Shown: positions 31,325 to 43,231 of the stretch, piece after piece
Numbering within the stretch: position 1 is the stretch's first letter
Layout: each line of letters starts with the position of its first letter
Assembly: GCA_050943115.1 (NCBI GenBank)
Contig: JBMNON010000003.1
Coordinates: forward strand, 28,565 to 92,564
DNA from: Patescibacteria group bacterium
GTDB taxonomy: Bacteria; Patescibacteriota; Microgenomatia; UBA12405
Length of the DNA stretch: 64,000 nt
Direction: 5' to 3'
Notes under the pieces: model-generated
What the model was told of the DNA's origin: nothing
Databases searched by the model: none
The model's input: only the letters and a program-made list of their open reading frames with translations
Translations under genes and position numbers: made by a program

Positions 31325-32144
31325 ATTGATTAAGCCTGGTAACTATTAATGTTTTGATATCGGCGATCACAGGAGCAAGGTATTCGTAAATTTTTTCGGA
31401 CTGGTTGCCATCAAGCTGTTTTTGAAGGGATTTCCTAAATTCCAGGCGGAGTTCAGTATTGATATTAATTTTGGTTATGCCAAGTTTAATAGCTTTCTGA
31501 ATCTCTTGGTTATCGATACCTGAACCACCATGAAGGGTGAGAAAATTATCCGGCAGGGACTGGGAGATGGAGTCAAGGAGTCCCAAGTCGAGTTTTTCGG
31601 GAGTCTTGGCACTAACTCCGTGAAGATTACCAATGGACACAGCCAGGAGGTCAGCTCCAGTGGTAATCATAAATTCCTTGGCCTGAACAGGATCGGTAAA
31701 GCTATCCGTCGACAAGTGGGAGTCGACTAATTCAATTTTATTGAATTCAACTTCGATAAGTTTTTCGGGAGAAGCAGAGCGGATGGCAGCAACCAAATTT
31801 TTGGCTGCAAAGGTATTTTCTTCAAGGGAAAGGGAAGAACCATCAAAGTGAGCCATATCAAAACCAAGCGAGAGGAGATAGCTGAGTTCCGGAGGAATTT
31901 TCCCATGGTCCATATTAAGGTAAATCGGCAAACCATCGATTTGAGCTTTTTTAACCAGCATCAAGAGACGTTCGGCTTCAATAAACTTGTCTTCACTGGG
32001 GGACAGTTGGACAATAGCAGGCAGATTGGTTTGGTCAACTGCAAGCTCGACTGCCTGATAAATCTCGAAAGAATCAATGTTGAAGGCGGGGAGGGCTTTG
32101 CCCTGTTTTTTATAGTCCTGTAAGACTTGACGGAGTGGTTTCAT
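31308..32144 (-). CDS. fba: class II fructose-bisphosphate aldolase
   Basis: ALPAFN, MDHG, DGS, AVSIGNLHG, LHGGSG, KININTE. Confidence 0.9.
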   Translation of the reverse strand: MKPLRQVLQDYKKQGKALPAFNIDSFEIYQAVELAVDQTNLPAIVQLSPSEDKFIEAERLLMLVKKAQIDGLPIYLNMDHGKIPPELSYLLSLGFDMAHFDGSSLSLEENTFAAKNLVAAIRSASPEKLIEVEFNKIELVDSHLSTDSFTDPVQAKEFMITTGADLLAVSIGNLHGVSAKTPEKLDLGLLDSISQSLPDNFLTLHGGSGIDNQEIQKAIKLGITKININTELRLEFRKSLQKQLDGNQSEKIYEYLAPVIADIKTLIVTRLNQFAQNI

Positions 32145-33085
32145 CTTTTTATTAATTTGGCGATGCTGGCTTTTAGAGATTCCGGGCCAATGCCATAAAA
32201 ATTATAAAGTTCAGGGAGATCTTTGCCGGATTGACCAAACTGACCTTTAACAGCTAAATGAATAAATCGGGGCGAAAGTTGAGATGATAAAAGGAGAGAA
32301 GCAACAGCTTGTCCCAGTCCCCCATTTTGCTGATGGTCTTCGAGGACGAGAAGGCGACCGGTTTTTTTTACACTTTTCTTAATAATAACTTCATCGAGCG
32401 GTTTAAGGGAGGAACAGTTAATGATTTCAAGGGAAATATCGGTGTCTTTTTGGAATTCCAGAACTTGAGCCAGAATCGGACCATAGGAGAGAACGGTGAT
32501 ATCCCGACCGGTTTTGACGGGATAAGACTTGCCAATGACAAAAGAATTTTTGAGAGAGGTAATGTTGGGAGTAACCGGGCGGACCAGGCGAAGATAGGCG
32601 GGTTTTTTGCTACGCAGAAGACAGCGGACAATTTTTTCAGTTTCCAAAGCATCGGCTGGGGCGAAGACTTCCATGTTGGGAAGAGAGCCCATAAGAGCAA
32701 CATCTTCTAGCATTTGATGGGTGGCACCAAGATCACCGGAAAGAAGACCTGAATGAGAACCAACAATTTTGACATTGGCATTGTTGTAGCAAATAGATTG
32801 CTTGATAATAGCCCAGTTTATGGCCGGAGAAAAGCAAGAAAAAGAGGTCAGGAAGACGACTTTACCGGATTTGGCCAGGCCGGCAGCAACTCCGGCAGCA
32901 TTGGCTTCAGCAACTCCACACTCAATAAATCGTTTGGGGTAGCGGGAAGCAAACTTGTTTAGGTAGAGGGAAGATTTTAGATCAGCATTAACCACGTAGA
33001 GATTCTTATTAGTCCTGGCTAATTTATATATTGTTTGACCGAAAGCTTGGCGGATGGATAGTGGAGTTTTATTTTTTGAGTTCAT
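32141..33085 (-). CDS. transketolase C-terminal subunit
   Basis: GVAEAN, GATHQ, EDHQQNGGLG; start at MNSKNK. Confidence 0.9.
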   Translation of the reverse strand: MNSKNKTPLSIRQAFGQTIYKLARTNKNLYVVNADLKSSLYLNKFASRYPKRFIECGVAEANAAGVAAGLAKSGKVVFLTSFSCFSPAINWAIIKQSICYNNANVKIVGSHSGLLSGDLGATHQMLEDVALMGSLPNMEVFAPADALETEKIVRCLLRSKKPAYLRLVRPVTPNITSLKNSFVIGKSYPVKTGRDITVLSYGPILAQVLEFQKDTDISLEIINCSSLKPLDEVIIKKSVKKTGRLLVLEDHQQNGGLGQAVASLLLSSQLSPRFIHLAVKGQFGQSGKDLPELYNFYGIGPESLKASIAKLIKR

Positions 33086-33854
33086 TTTGAGCCTGTTGGT
33101 ACAGTTTGTCCGGTAAATGTTTGATGTCGTGATATTGATAATTCCCCTCCATGAAAGAAATGCCTTTACCAAAAGTGGTCTGGGCAATAATACAATGAGG
33201 GTAGCGGGAGCCAAGCGAATTTTCAAAAGCCTTCTGGACTTGTTTTATGTTGTGACCACTGACATGAGTGACGGACCAACCAAAACTAATATATTTTTGG
33301 GCCAGATTGCCAAGCGGCATAATATCGTCGGTAGCTCCATCAATCTGATAACCGTTGGCGTCAACAATGTTGATAAGGTTGCCAAGATGATATTTGCGGG
33401 CAAACATGGCGGCTTCCCAAATTTGACCCTCCTGGTGTTCGCCATCAGATGTCAGACAAATGGAAAAGTGTTTTTTGTCACCCAGGGCTAAACCAGCAGC
33501 AAAAGACAAGCCTTGTCCAAGCGATCCGGAGGAGTATTCAACACCCGGAGTATTAGTAGAAATATGGCCCTGGAGCCGGGACTTAAACTGGGAATAGGTT
33601 TGAAGATGGCTTTTGGGGAAAAACCCTTTGCTGGCAAGAACAGCGTAAAGGGCAGGAGCCAGATGACCGGCGGAAAGAGTAAAGTGATCGGATGGGAAAC
33701 TGAAAAGCGAAGAATAATAGACGGCAATCATAAGATCAAGGGAAGAAAGCGAGCCGCCAATGTGACCACCGTTTTGGTATATCATATCAAGGAGATTTAG
33801 GCGTAAATCAGATGAAAGAGTAGAAAAATTTTGCTTTTGGGCAGAAAAGAACAT
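33069..33854 (-). CDS. transketolase N-terminal subunit
   Basis: GHIGGSLS, SAGH, LQGH, GSLGQG, SDGEHQEGQIWEA. Confidence 0.9.
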   Translation of the reverse strand: MFFSAQKQNFSTLSSDLRLNLLDMIYQNGGHIGGSLSSLDLMIAVYYSSLFSFPSDHFTLSAGHLAPALYAVLASKGFFPKSHLQTYSQFKSRLQGHISTNTPGVEYSSGSLGQGLSFAAGLALGDKKHFSICLTSDGEHQEGQIWEAAMFARKYHLGNLINIVDANGYQIDGATDDIMPLGNLAQKYISFGWSVTHVSGHNIKQVQKAFENSLGSRYPHCIIAQTTFGKGISFMEGNYQYHDIKHLPDKLYQQAQNELKK

Positions 33855-33932
33855 AATTAAGTATAAATAGGAAGTTATTGTTAGTAAACACTTTTGGTAT
33901 CAAGCAAGAAGATTGTGGTAAATTAAGGAGCC

Positions 33933-34433
33933 GTGAAAAAGTTTTATAAAAAGTATTATAAAAGTATAAAAAGCTTCGTTTTAAAAAGAGTTGATGATGA
34001 GGGGGTGGCAGAAGAACTGGTCAATGATATTTTGTACTCGGGAATGAAGTCACTTGTAACATACCAGGGTAACGGTTCAGAATTCAGCTGGTTATGCGGA
34101 ATCGCAAAACATAAAATTGTTGATTACTATAGGAAGAAAAAAATAAAGACTATCCTGTTTTCCAGCAGTCCGGTTTTTGAAGAAGTTGCCGATGCGGCCT
34201 TATCACCGGAAAGAGATTGCCTAAAAAACGAACTGGTTGATGAAATCGAAGCGACTTTGGGTGAAATAAACGAAGGATATAAGAAAATATTGCGACTAAA
34301 GTATATAGACGGCCTGAAAGTCAAAGAGATTGCCAAAGTACTAAAGGTAAGCGGAAAAGCAGTAGAATCAAAGCTGATACGCGCCAAAAAAAGTTTCAGG
34401 CTAGCCTGGAACTATGATAAGAAGGGTAAGTAA
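33933..34433 (+). CDS. ECF-type RNA polymerase sigma factor
   Basis: AEELVND, FSWLCGIAKHKIVDYYRK, region 4 HTH KEIA...VESKLIRA. Confidence 0.9.
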   Translation: MKKFYKKYYKSIKSFVLKRVDDEGVAEELVNDILYSGMKSLVTYQGNGSEFSWLCGIAKHKIVDYYRKKKIKTILFSSSPVFEEVADAALSPERDCLKNELVDEIEATLGEINEGYKKILRLKYIDGLKVKEIAKVLKVSGKAVESKLIRAKKSFRLAWNYDKKGK

Positions 34434-34752
34434 AATAATTACATTAAGTTTTCTAATTGCTATAAGACAAAGCTGGAGATTTGTTTGTAACTTGTATCTA
34501 ATCTCCTACCAGCCGTATTTGACGATAAGAAACCTGCTAGAACAAAAAGATAAATCTCAATTGTTTTTACTGGGAGTTTTAGCGATTTCGCCTGCTGTAA
34601 CCTACACCTTGGGCCGCGTAATTTGGGATATGTACCATTACGGTGGAGTATTAACTTCAGTGGGGTGGGTGTTTCTGTTTATGCTTATTTTGCAGAGTGT
34701 AGTATGGGGGTATTTGGGGTATTGGTTTTGGAGGGTAATTAAAAACAAATGA
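34414..34752 (+). CDS. small membrane protein
   Basis: Hydrophobic segments; overlaps the sigma factor stop. Confidence 0.65.
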   Translation: MIRRVSKIITLSFLIAIRQSWRFVCNLYLISYQPYLTIRNLLEQKDKSQLFLLGVLAISPAVTYTLGRVIWDMYHYGGVLTSVGWVFLFMLILQSVVWGYLGYWFWRVIKNK

Positions 34753-34943
34753 CATCAATTGCTGAGAATTGGAGAACAAGAGGGCAAAGACTAAGGCTTG
34801 AAGGGAGTAACTGTCCTAAATGTAAAATAGTTCATTTTCCACCAAGAATTATTTGTCCGGATTGTGGGTTTGACAGCCAAAAGGCAGCAAAGCCTGAGGT
34901 GATGAAGATAAGAACAGGTGAGGCCGAAGACAAAGTGGGATAG
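34749..34943 (+). CDS. stand-alone DUF35_N-like zinc ribbon
   Basis: WR...LRLEGSNCPKC...FPPRIICPDC. Confidence 0.75.
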   Translation: MTSIAENWRTRGQRLRLEGSNCPKCKIVHFPPRIICPDCGFDSQKAAKPEVMKIRTGEAEDKVG

Positions 34944-34951
34944 AATAAGTA

Positions 34952-35443
34952 ATGGGACTCAAGGAACAAAAATTACAATTTCCCGAATTAAGACAGGCCA
35001 GCTTGGGATTGCTGATTGAGGGTGAAAGAGTACTGCTTGCCATGAAAAAGAGAGGATTTGGGCAGGGTAAATGGAACGGTGTGGGGGGCAAGCCAAATGA
35101 GGGGGAAAAAATCGAGGTGGCGGCAGACCGGGAGATTTTGGAGGAAATCGGAGTGGAGGTGATTGAAAAAACAGAAGCAGGTCGAATAAATTTTTATTTT
35201 CAAAACAGACCAGAGTGGAACCAGCAGGTAGTAGTTTATCGGGTGAATTCATGGAGAGGAATCCCTAGGGAAACTGAAGAGATGGCCCCAAAATGGATTG
35301 ATTTTGACAAAGTACCATACGAGGAAATGTGGGAGGATGATAAATACTGGCTGCCGACAGTGCTTGACGGGAATCGAATGAATGCCAGTTTTTTGTTTGA
35401 TGAGAATGAAAAGCTCTTGGAGGTGGAAATAAGAGGTTTTTGA
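34952..35443 (+). CDS. Nudix hydrolase, MTH1/8-oxo-dGTPase-like
   Basis: KKRGFGQGKWNGVGGK...REILEEIG, ETEEMAPKW, MWEDD. Confidence 0.9.
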   Translation: MGLKEQKLQFPELRQASLGLLIEGERVLLAMKKRGFGQGKWNGVGGKPNEGEKIEVAADREILEEIGVEVIEKTEAGRINFYFQNRPEWNQQVVVYRVNSWRGIPRETEEMAPKWIDFDKVPYEEMWEDDKYWLPTVLDGNRMNASFLFDENEKLLEVEIRGF

Positions 35444-35513
35444 GACCCGGATGGGAGTCGAACCCATCTATACGGTTTTGCAGACCGCTGTCTAACCGCT
35501 TGACTACCGGGTC
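35443..35513 (-). tRNA. tRNA-Cys(GCA)
   Basis: GACCCGG/CCGGGTC-T acceptor, CTGCAAA loop, ATGGG-TTCGACT-CCCAT. Confidence 0.95.
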
Positions 35514-35576
35514 AATTTGAAAACAGTCTATTTTAACAAATTAGAGGCTTATTAGGAACAAATGCGTCTCCGGAAA

Positions 35577-37307
35577 TCAGTTGGATTTTATTAGTAAACC
35601 ACCCCATTCAACCAGGGTGAAACCTTGACGGGATGGTGCGGTTAACTGTTGTGGTTCCAGCTTGACTGGCGCATCATAACCTTCAAATTCCAAAAATATA
35701 CGAATGATAGTATCAGGCCGAGGCGAAATACTAAGAGGGGCCAAGCGATTCATGTCCTGAGTGGTTAACCAAGTTAATCGGACAAAAGGGCTGGTAGGGA
35801 GTTTGGGCTGCCAGAAATCCAGAAAGTCAGCCGCTTCTTTGGCGTTGAGGCCTAGTTGGCTCATTTGAGCTTTTAGGGTAGAAAGGAGTTTATCCTGAGT
35901 AACCAAAGTGCCCCTACGGGAGTAATTTGGATATTCCCCTTTTCCTAAACCTTCCCAAAAAAGATAGGGGTAGAACTTACCGTTGTAGATAATTTCTCCT
36001 GAAGGCTTGGCTAGCACCCGCCAACCGTCTTGGGGGTAAGCAGGATCACTTTGGGTAATATCGGCAGCGACCCTAAGGGAAATTTCAGTGTCTTGTTTGG
36101 GGTAAAGATAAATGACGGGTTTGCCACATTCCACCATGGGAGCATACTCAGAATTAATGAAAATGACCCAATCACCTTTTTTGTCCTGATAAAGAAAGTG
36201 GTTGTCTTTGGCGGCAAATTCTTCCAAGGACAAGATTGGAGGCGCCGAAGGATAATCACGACCCATTTTATATGAGTTATACAAGCTAGTAATTAGTTCA
36301 TTTGGGAAATCCTTAATCTGATAAATTTTTTCAGACGGGTTGCTAGTAAGGAAACCAATTTCTTGTTTGCCATTTAGGAGAGATGATCCGGACTTAATGA
36401 CAGTATTGGAAGAGCTGAGGCCACAGCCAGAAGGAATCCCAGGCTGATATGGGGACTTATTTTGTGTACCATCAGAAAAAGTAACGTAAGGAATGTTGTC
36501 ATCAAAAAGGAAAGGAAACTGAAGGGAATAAGTAAGAGCTGTTGAGTCAGGAAGCTTGAGATAAAGGTAGCGAGATAGAATGCTGTTGCTACCACCACCT
36601 TCTATTGGGAAAGGGATATAAACTGCGTAAAAATCTCCCTGAGTAGATTTATCAAAAACTACAGGTTTTTCTAATTTGGAGAATAACTGGGAGGAATAGT
36701 AGGAAGCCTTGAGAGGAATAGCGTTTTGGGTAGTTATGTGGTCGTGGGGTAAAAGACCGAGAGTGTCGTAGGATATAAATTTAATCTTGGTCTTATCAAA
36801 GATATCATTTAACGCTGTTTTAACGTATTTGTCCGTGATTAAAGACTCAATAAAGTAATACTGATTATCCGAGTCCTTTATTATTCTAAAAGTATAATGG
36901 CTCCCGGGGCCTTCCCCTAGAACATTGCTATTAATAAGCTTGGCTCCTGTGGAAAATTCTCCAACCAAATAAGAACCGCTTTCAGGATCAAAACTATATC
37001 CAAAGTCTGAGGCATCAGGGGCTTTTAGAACATCGGGATTGGCAATTTTTTGAGGGACCGGAAGCCAGGTAATATCTCCGAACTCACCAGCCTGACTTGT
37101 TGTAACCGGTACATCAGTTGGTTGGGTGGCAACGGGTTGGATTGGGGTTTGTGATAGGGGTGGATTGCGGGAAAGGCCGTAGAAATAAGCTGCGTAAAGC
37201 ATGCCTGCAAAAAATATAGCAAAGAGTGAAAATATAAAAGCCGGACTGGGCTTGTTTTTTTTAGGGAAAGAGGGAGGGGCGGGAGGGGGAGTTTGTATTT
37301 CTGTCAT
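35577..37307 (-). CDS. membrane-anchored protein with C-terminal KPVIYLYP domain
   Basis: TM after Pro-rich N-terminus; CGKPVIYLYP, YPYLFWEG, LVEWGG. Confidence 0.8.
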   Translation of the reverse strand: MTEIQTPPPAPPSFPKKNKPSPAFIFSLFAIFFAGMLYAAYFYGLSRNPPLSQTPIQPVATQPTDVPVTTSQAGEFGDITWLPVPQKIANPDVLKAPDASDFGYSFDPESGSYLVGEFSTGAKLINSNVLGEGPGSHYTFRIIKDSDNQYYFIESLITDKYVKTALNDIFDKTKIKFISYDTLGLLPHDHITTQNAIPLKASYYSSQLFSKLEKPVVFDKSTQGDFYAVYIPFPIEGGGSNSILSRYLYLKLPDSTALTYSLQFPFLFDDNIPYVTFSDGTQNKSPYQPGIPSGCGLSSSNTVIKSGSSLLNGKQEIGFLTSNPSEKIYQIKDFPNELITSLYNSYKMGRDYPSAPPILSLEEFAAKDNHFLYQDKKGDWVIFINSEYAPMVECGKPVIYLYPKQDTEISLRVAADITQSDPAYPQDGWRVLAKPSGEIIYNGKFYPYLFWEGLGKGEYPNYSRRGTLVTQDKLLSTLKAQMSQLGLNAKEAADFLDFWQPKLPTSPFVRLTWLTTQDMNRLAPLSISPRPDTIIRIFLEFEGYDAPVKLEPQQLTAPSRQGFTLVEWGGLLIKSN

Positions 37308-38385
37308 AAGTAATTCTAGACCAAATTTCATCAATTTGGTAAGTTGATAAGTCAGGTATAGTGCTAAGGTATGAGAAAACTTGGTTTTGCTTTTCCTCTC
37401 CTTTAACAAAATAGGTGCGGCCTTGTTGGATGCTTGTCGGCAGGAGATAGAGAGTGACATTTTGAGAATCATAAAACCCTGACAAAACCATATTTGGAGG
37501 CAGGCCGGCTCTGGCTTGAAACTTGTCCGTTCCATAAAAAAAACGATCTCCCAGGCTGGTACTATTTGGAGATTGATCTATCTGATAAGGAAGATAAGTG
37601 AATGTTTGGATATCATTTTTGTAGGGTGGAAACAAGGAGCGCTGATAGAAGGCCATAACATGAGTGGTGGTTTCGTGATCCGGATTATGAAAAATAAAAC
37701 CTGAATTGGTATGAGAGAAAAGTTCAAATTTTTGTGCTTGCTTGTGGAGGGCAATTTTTGTTAGTAAATAAAGTGATTGAGGACTATCTACTTCCAAATC
37801 CCCTATCTGGTCTAATTCTAAATTATTAAGGACGCGCAAGCTCTTCTGATCGTGAACATGGGCAAGGGCGGCGGGAAGATAGTGAGAAAAATCAACAGAA
37901 GCAAGAAGAAGACAGTCAAAGCCGCATACGGATTGGAGCTTACTAATCAGAGGTTCAAGGTTTTCCAGTTCTACATCCTGACCGATTAGAATCGGAAAAA
38001 TGGAGGCATTCGGCCAGAGACGCTTAATGTCGGTAGTCAGGTTATGGATGGAGTGGTCGTTTTTGACCAAGAGATTGTCGAGGTCTAGAAGAGAATTAAG
38101 GTGAGTCTCGAGGTAGTCTGCAAATTTTAAGGTGCCACTGGAGAGATTCCAAGGTTGGTTGCCGTAAACCATCTTTGATTGATAAGGAGAAAAATGATCC
38201 GGGCCAATAATTACAATAGATTTTGTTATGGGGCGCTGCGATTTTATTTGGGTTAAAAACTTTTGCCGGGTATCTGCAACCAGGTTATGATGAGGAAGAA
38301 CAGCGACAAGCGGTTGGAAATAGAAACGGGAAAGGATGTGAAGAAAAAGCAGGATTAAATCAAGGATGAGTAGTTTTTTGAGCAC
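37261..38385 (-). CDS. MEMO-like (AmmeMemoRadiSam protein B) protein
   Basis: VLPHH, IGPDH, DHSI, ASVDFSHY, EVDSP, ETTTH. Confidence 0.8.
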   Translation of the reverse strand: MLKKLLILDLILLFLHILSRFYFQPLVAVLPHHNLVADTRQKFLTQIKSQRPITKSIVIIGPDHFSPYQSKMVYGNQPWNLSSGTLKFADYLETHLNSLLDLDNLLVKNDHSIHNLTTDIKRLWPNASIFPILIGQDVELENLEPLISKLQSVCGFDCLLLASVDFSHYLPAALAHVHDQKSLRVLNNLELDQIGDLEVDSPQSLYLLTKIALHKQAQKFELFSHTNSGFIFHNPDHETTTHVMAFYQRSLFPPYKNDIQTFTYLPYQIDQSPNSTSLGDRFFYGTDKFQARAGLPPNMVLSGFYDSQNVTLYLLPTSIQQGRTYFVKGEEKQNQVFSYLSTIPDLSTYQIDEIWSRITYDRNTNSPSRPSLFP

Positions 38386-38401
38386 TAACTGATAATAACA
38401 A

Positions 38402-38423
38402 AAGCCCCGCAAAAGCGGGGCTT
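38402..38423 (-). terminator. groEL terminator
   Basis: AAGCCCCGC-AAAA-GCGGGGCTT hairpin 21 nt after the groEL stop. Confidence 0.8.
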
Positions 38424-38444
38424 AGGTATAAATATCAAAGAGAC

Positions 38445-40100
<1,656 letters not shown>

Positions 40101-40122
40101 TTACTTTTAATTAATAATTAAT

Positions 40123-40425
40123 TTACTTAATGGTGGCCATGACATCCTCGAACTTGAGAATGAGGAGTTCTTCTTGGCCTTCACGGTATTCCTTACCACC
40201 CCATTCGCGATAGATGATAGTGTCGCCAGCTTTGACAGGAGAGGTTTTGGGTGTGCCGTAATCATTAACAAATTCGTCGCCGACAGCCAAGACTTGGCCT
40301 TGTTGAGGCTTATCTTCGGCAGTATCGGGAAGAACGATACCACTTTCAGTGGTCTTGTCCCGTTTCTGGGGCTTGACTAAAATATAACCGGGGGCGGGTT
40401 GAATCTTGGATTTGGTTTCTGGCAT
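40123..40425 (-). CDS. groS: co-chaperonin GroES
   Basis: TESGIVLPD, GQVLAVG; directly upstream of groEL. Confidence 0.95.
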   Translation of the reverse strand: MPETKSKIQPAPGYILVKPQKRDKTTESGIVLPDTAEDKPQQGQVLAVGDEFVNDYGTPKTSPVKAGDTIIYREWGGKEYREGQEELLILKFEDVMATIK

Positions 40426-40470
40426 GTTTGGTAAAAATAATTAATAATTAATGGCAGTAGTTAGTTTATT

Positions 40471-40497
40471 TTATCACTCATATTAGATGAGTGCTAA
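40471..40497 (-). promoter_or_regulatory. CIRCE (HrcA operator) of groESL
   Basis: Minus strand TTAGCACTC-N9-GAGTGATAA, one mismatch to consensus. Confidence 0.9.
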
Positions 40498-40498
40498 T

Positions 40499-40527
40499 AT
40501 TTTAAGCAAGAGTATGTAGGAGGTCAA
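40499..40527 (-). promoter_or_regulatory. groESL sigma70 promoter
   Basis: TTGACC-N17-TAAAAT immediately before CIRCE. Confidence 0.8.
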
Positions 40528-40560
40528 GGGGGTAAGGGTTAAAATAAATACAAGAGATAT

Positions 40561-41403
40561 ATGAAAAAGCTGGTTAAAACAAAAATCAATGGATTTGAAA
40601 TTTATTACAGGGCGGATGACATTTTTGTGGGGCAAAATGTGGCCCGGGGAAATTACGAGGAGTACTTTACCCGTTTACTGTCCAGAAATATTAAAAAGGG
40701 AGATACGGTGATGGATATCGGCGCCAATATCGGCTATGACACTTTGATTATGGCCAGCAGGACAGGAGAAAAAGGCCGGGTGTTGGCTTTTGAACCGGAC
40801 CCAGTAAACTTTGAAATTTTAAGAAAAAATGTGAGCGTGAATGGATTTAAGAATGTATTGTTAATAAACGCAGGATTGGGAGATAAAAATAAAGAGTCAG
40901 ACCTTTATATATCAAAAAGTAATTACGGAGACCATCAGCTTTATGACAGCGGAGATGACAGGGAAAGGGTGAGGGTGGAGGTAAGAACTTTGGATGATGT
41001 AATAAAAGAACAGAGGATAAAAAGGGTAGATTTGATTAAGGCGGACACGCAAGGCTATGAGCCGGCGGTATTTGGGGGTGGAAAAAAGACATTGAGAAGA
41101 GACCGTCCAACTTTATTTTTTGAGTATTGGCCGAAAGCTTATGAGACTGCGGGTTTTGACAAGCGTAAAATGATGAAACTATTGGAAGATATTTATGGAG
41201 GACAAATTTTTTTTATTGATGAATACATTCAGATTTATTACCGACGAAAGCAAAAAACAATAGATGAGGCGGTGGGTGATTCGTCTCAGTGTAACTTGAT
41301 GGCAATAAATAATTTGAGTTTAGGCGACAAAATCGGACAATTCAAGGATTTTCAAGTAAAGAAATTTGCTAAAAGAGGATTGGGAGTGTTCCCACTGACC
41401 TAA
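40561..41403 (+). CDS. FkbM family methyltransferase
   Basis: DIGANIG, AFEPDP, KADTQGYE. Confidence 0.9.
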   Translation: MKKLVKTKINGFEIYYRADDIFVGQNVARGNYEEYFTRLLSRNIKKGDTVMDIGANIGYDTLIMASRTGEKGRVLAFEPDPVNFEILRKNVSVNGFKNVLLINAGLGDKNKESDLYISKSNYGDHQLYDSGDDRERVRVEVRTLDDVIKEQRIKRVDLIKADTQGYEPAVFGGGKKTLRRDRPTLFFEYWPKAYETAGFDKRKMMKLLEDIYGGQIFFIDEYIQIYYRRKQKTIDEAVGDSSQCNLMAINNLSLGDKIGQFKDFQVKKFAKRGLGVFPLT

Positions 41404-41409
41404 AGCTAA

Positions 41410-41835
41410 CTAATGGTCGCGTTCAAGAAGTATATGAAAAGCCGTTCCGAAACTGGTGTCAATATAAACAAGACAAACTTGAGAACCTTTCCCAAAATCG
41501 TATTGAAACCGTGTCTCTATGTCGTTGAGGCCAACATTGTCAATGGCCTTTTTGACCGATTCCAAGAATGGAAGGAGAAATTTTTCCCGAAGTCCCTCTT
41601 TCTCCATCCAATGCAGATCCCCGCCAGCCATTTTTCCCAAGGAGGTGTATATACCGCGTTCAAGACGAAACGGGAGAGATGTAGCTAAGTGTTGGCGAGA
41701 GCAATCCGGAGGGACGACAACTAAGGCATCGCAGTTAATTGCGTCCTCTGCGGTTAGAGGTCGTTGAGAAATTTGTCCGAGGGTCAGGGGTAAGTTTTTA
41801 TTATCTTCCGAAGTGCAAGACAAGCGCTCACTCAT
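41410..41835 (-). CDS. hypothetical protein
   Basis: 141-aa ORF with TATAAT 8 nt before ATG. Confidence 0.6.
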   Translation of the reverse strand: MSERLSCTSEDNKNLPLTLGQISQRPLTAEDAINCDALVVVPPDCSRQHLATSLPFRLERGIYTSLGKMAGGDLHWMEKEGLREKFLLPFLESVKKAIDNVGLNDIETRFQYDFGKGSQVCLVYIDTSFGTAFHILLERDH

Positions 41836-41946
41836 GTAAATAAATTATATAGTATTAGTAACTTAATTAACTAATTCATTCAGTAAAAATATAAATATTG
41901 GTTTAAGTTCTACTCCATTAAAGTTAGGATTTGGCTATAATAGACT

Positions 41947-43218
41947 ATGTCAAAAATCAAATCAATCACAGCCAGGGAAATATTAGCATCAGGAGGAGCA
42001 CCCTCCCTGGAAGCGACAGTAGAGCTGGAATCCGGATTGGTAGGCGAAGCATCAGTGTCGTATGGCGCGTCAGCCGGCACAAAAGAGGCGACGGTGTTGG
42101 TGGACGACGATAAGGACAGGTACAACGGTAAAGGAATGCTGACGGCAGTAGAAAACATCAAAACAAAGATAAATGACGCATTGGTAGGGATGGAAGCAGC
42201 AGAACAGAGGGTAATTGACCTAAAAATGAATGAGATCGATGGAACAGAAGATAAATCAAGATTGGGAGGGAATGCAATTTTGGGAGTATCACTGGCCGTG
42301 GCCAGAGCAGCAGCCCAAGAAGCAGCTTTGCCAGTTTATAAATATCTAAGGCAAGTTTACGGAATCAAAGAGAGCGGCTGGAAACTACCCAGACCTATGA
42401 TTGTAATGATTGAGGGTGGCAAGCATGCCGATGAGACCACTGACTTACAGGAATTTATGGTCGGGGCACTGGGTAACAAGAATGCGGCGGAAAACGTAAG
42501 AATGGAAATGGAAATTTATGAAGCATTAAAAAAGATTTTAAAAAGAGAAGGATTGTCGACAAATGTGGGAAATGAAGGTGCGTTTGCACCAAGCGGAATA
42601 GTCTCAAATCAAAAGCCACTAGATTATCTTTTGGAAGCTATAAAAAATGCCTGTTACAATCCGGGAGAAGATGCGGGGATTGCCATCGACGCAGCGGCAT
42701 CAGAGTTTTATGACCATAAAACAAACAAGTATGATTTAAAATTGGAAGGAAAAAGTTTAAGCGCCGATGAATTGATTGGATATTACAGAAACTGGGTGGA
42801 AAAGTATCCGATCGTGACACTGGAGGATATGCTGTCGGAGTTTGACTGGGATAATTGGCCTAAGTTAGTTGCTAATTTCGGAAGGAAGGCATTAATTATT
42901 GCCGACGACCTGACGGTAACTAATGCCAAATTGTGGCAGAGGGCAATTGAAATGAAAGCGGCCAATGCGATATTGATTAAATTAAACCAGGCGGGGAGTT
43001 TGAGCGAAACAATGGATGCGTGTCTGCTGGCACGAGAACATGGATTAATGACAGTTCCTTCACACCGAGGTGGAGGAGAAACAAATGATACATTTATGGT
43101 GGATTTAGCCGTAGCAGTAGGAAGTGAGTATATTAAAGTCGGACCGACAAGGGGTGAGAGAGTTTGTAAATATAACAGACTGATGAGGATAGAAGAAGAA
43201 ATTTTAAAAACTCTGTAG
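41947..43218 (+). CDS. eno: enolase
   Basis: GASAG, LGGNAILGVS, GNEG, IKLNQAG, SHR, KYNRL. Confidence 0.93.
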   Translation: MSKIKSITAREILASGGAPSLEATVELESGLVGEASVSYGASAGTKEATVLVDDDKDRYNGKGMLTAVENIKTKINDALVGMEAAEQRVIDLKMNEIDGTEDKSRLGGNAILGVSLAVARAAAQEAALPVYKYLRQVYGIKESGWKLPRPMIVMIEGGKHADETTDLQEFMVGALGNKNAAENVRMEMEIYEALKKILKREGLSTNVGNEGAFAPSGIVSNQKPLDYLLEAIKNACYNPGEDAGIAIDAAASEFYDHKTNKYDLKLEGKSLSADELIGYYRNWVEKYPIVTLEDMLSEFDWDNWPKLVANFGRKALIIADDLTVTNAKLWQRAIEMKAANAILIKLNQAGSLSETMDACLLAREHGLMTVPSHRGGGETNDTFMVDLAVAVGSEYIKVGPTRGERVCKYNRLMRIEEEILKTL

Positions 43219-43231
43219 TAAAATATAGGAC

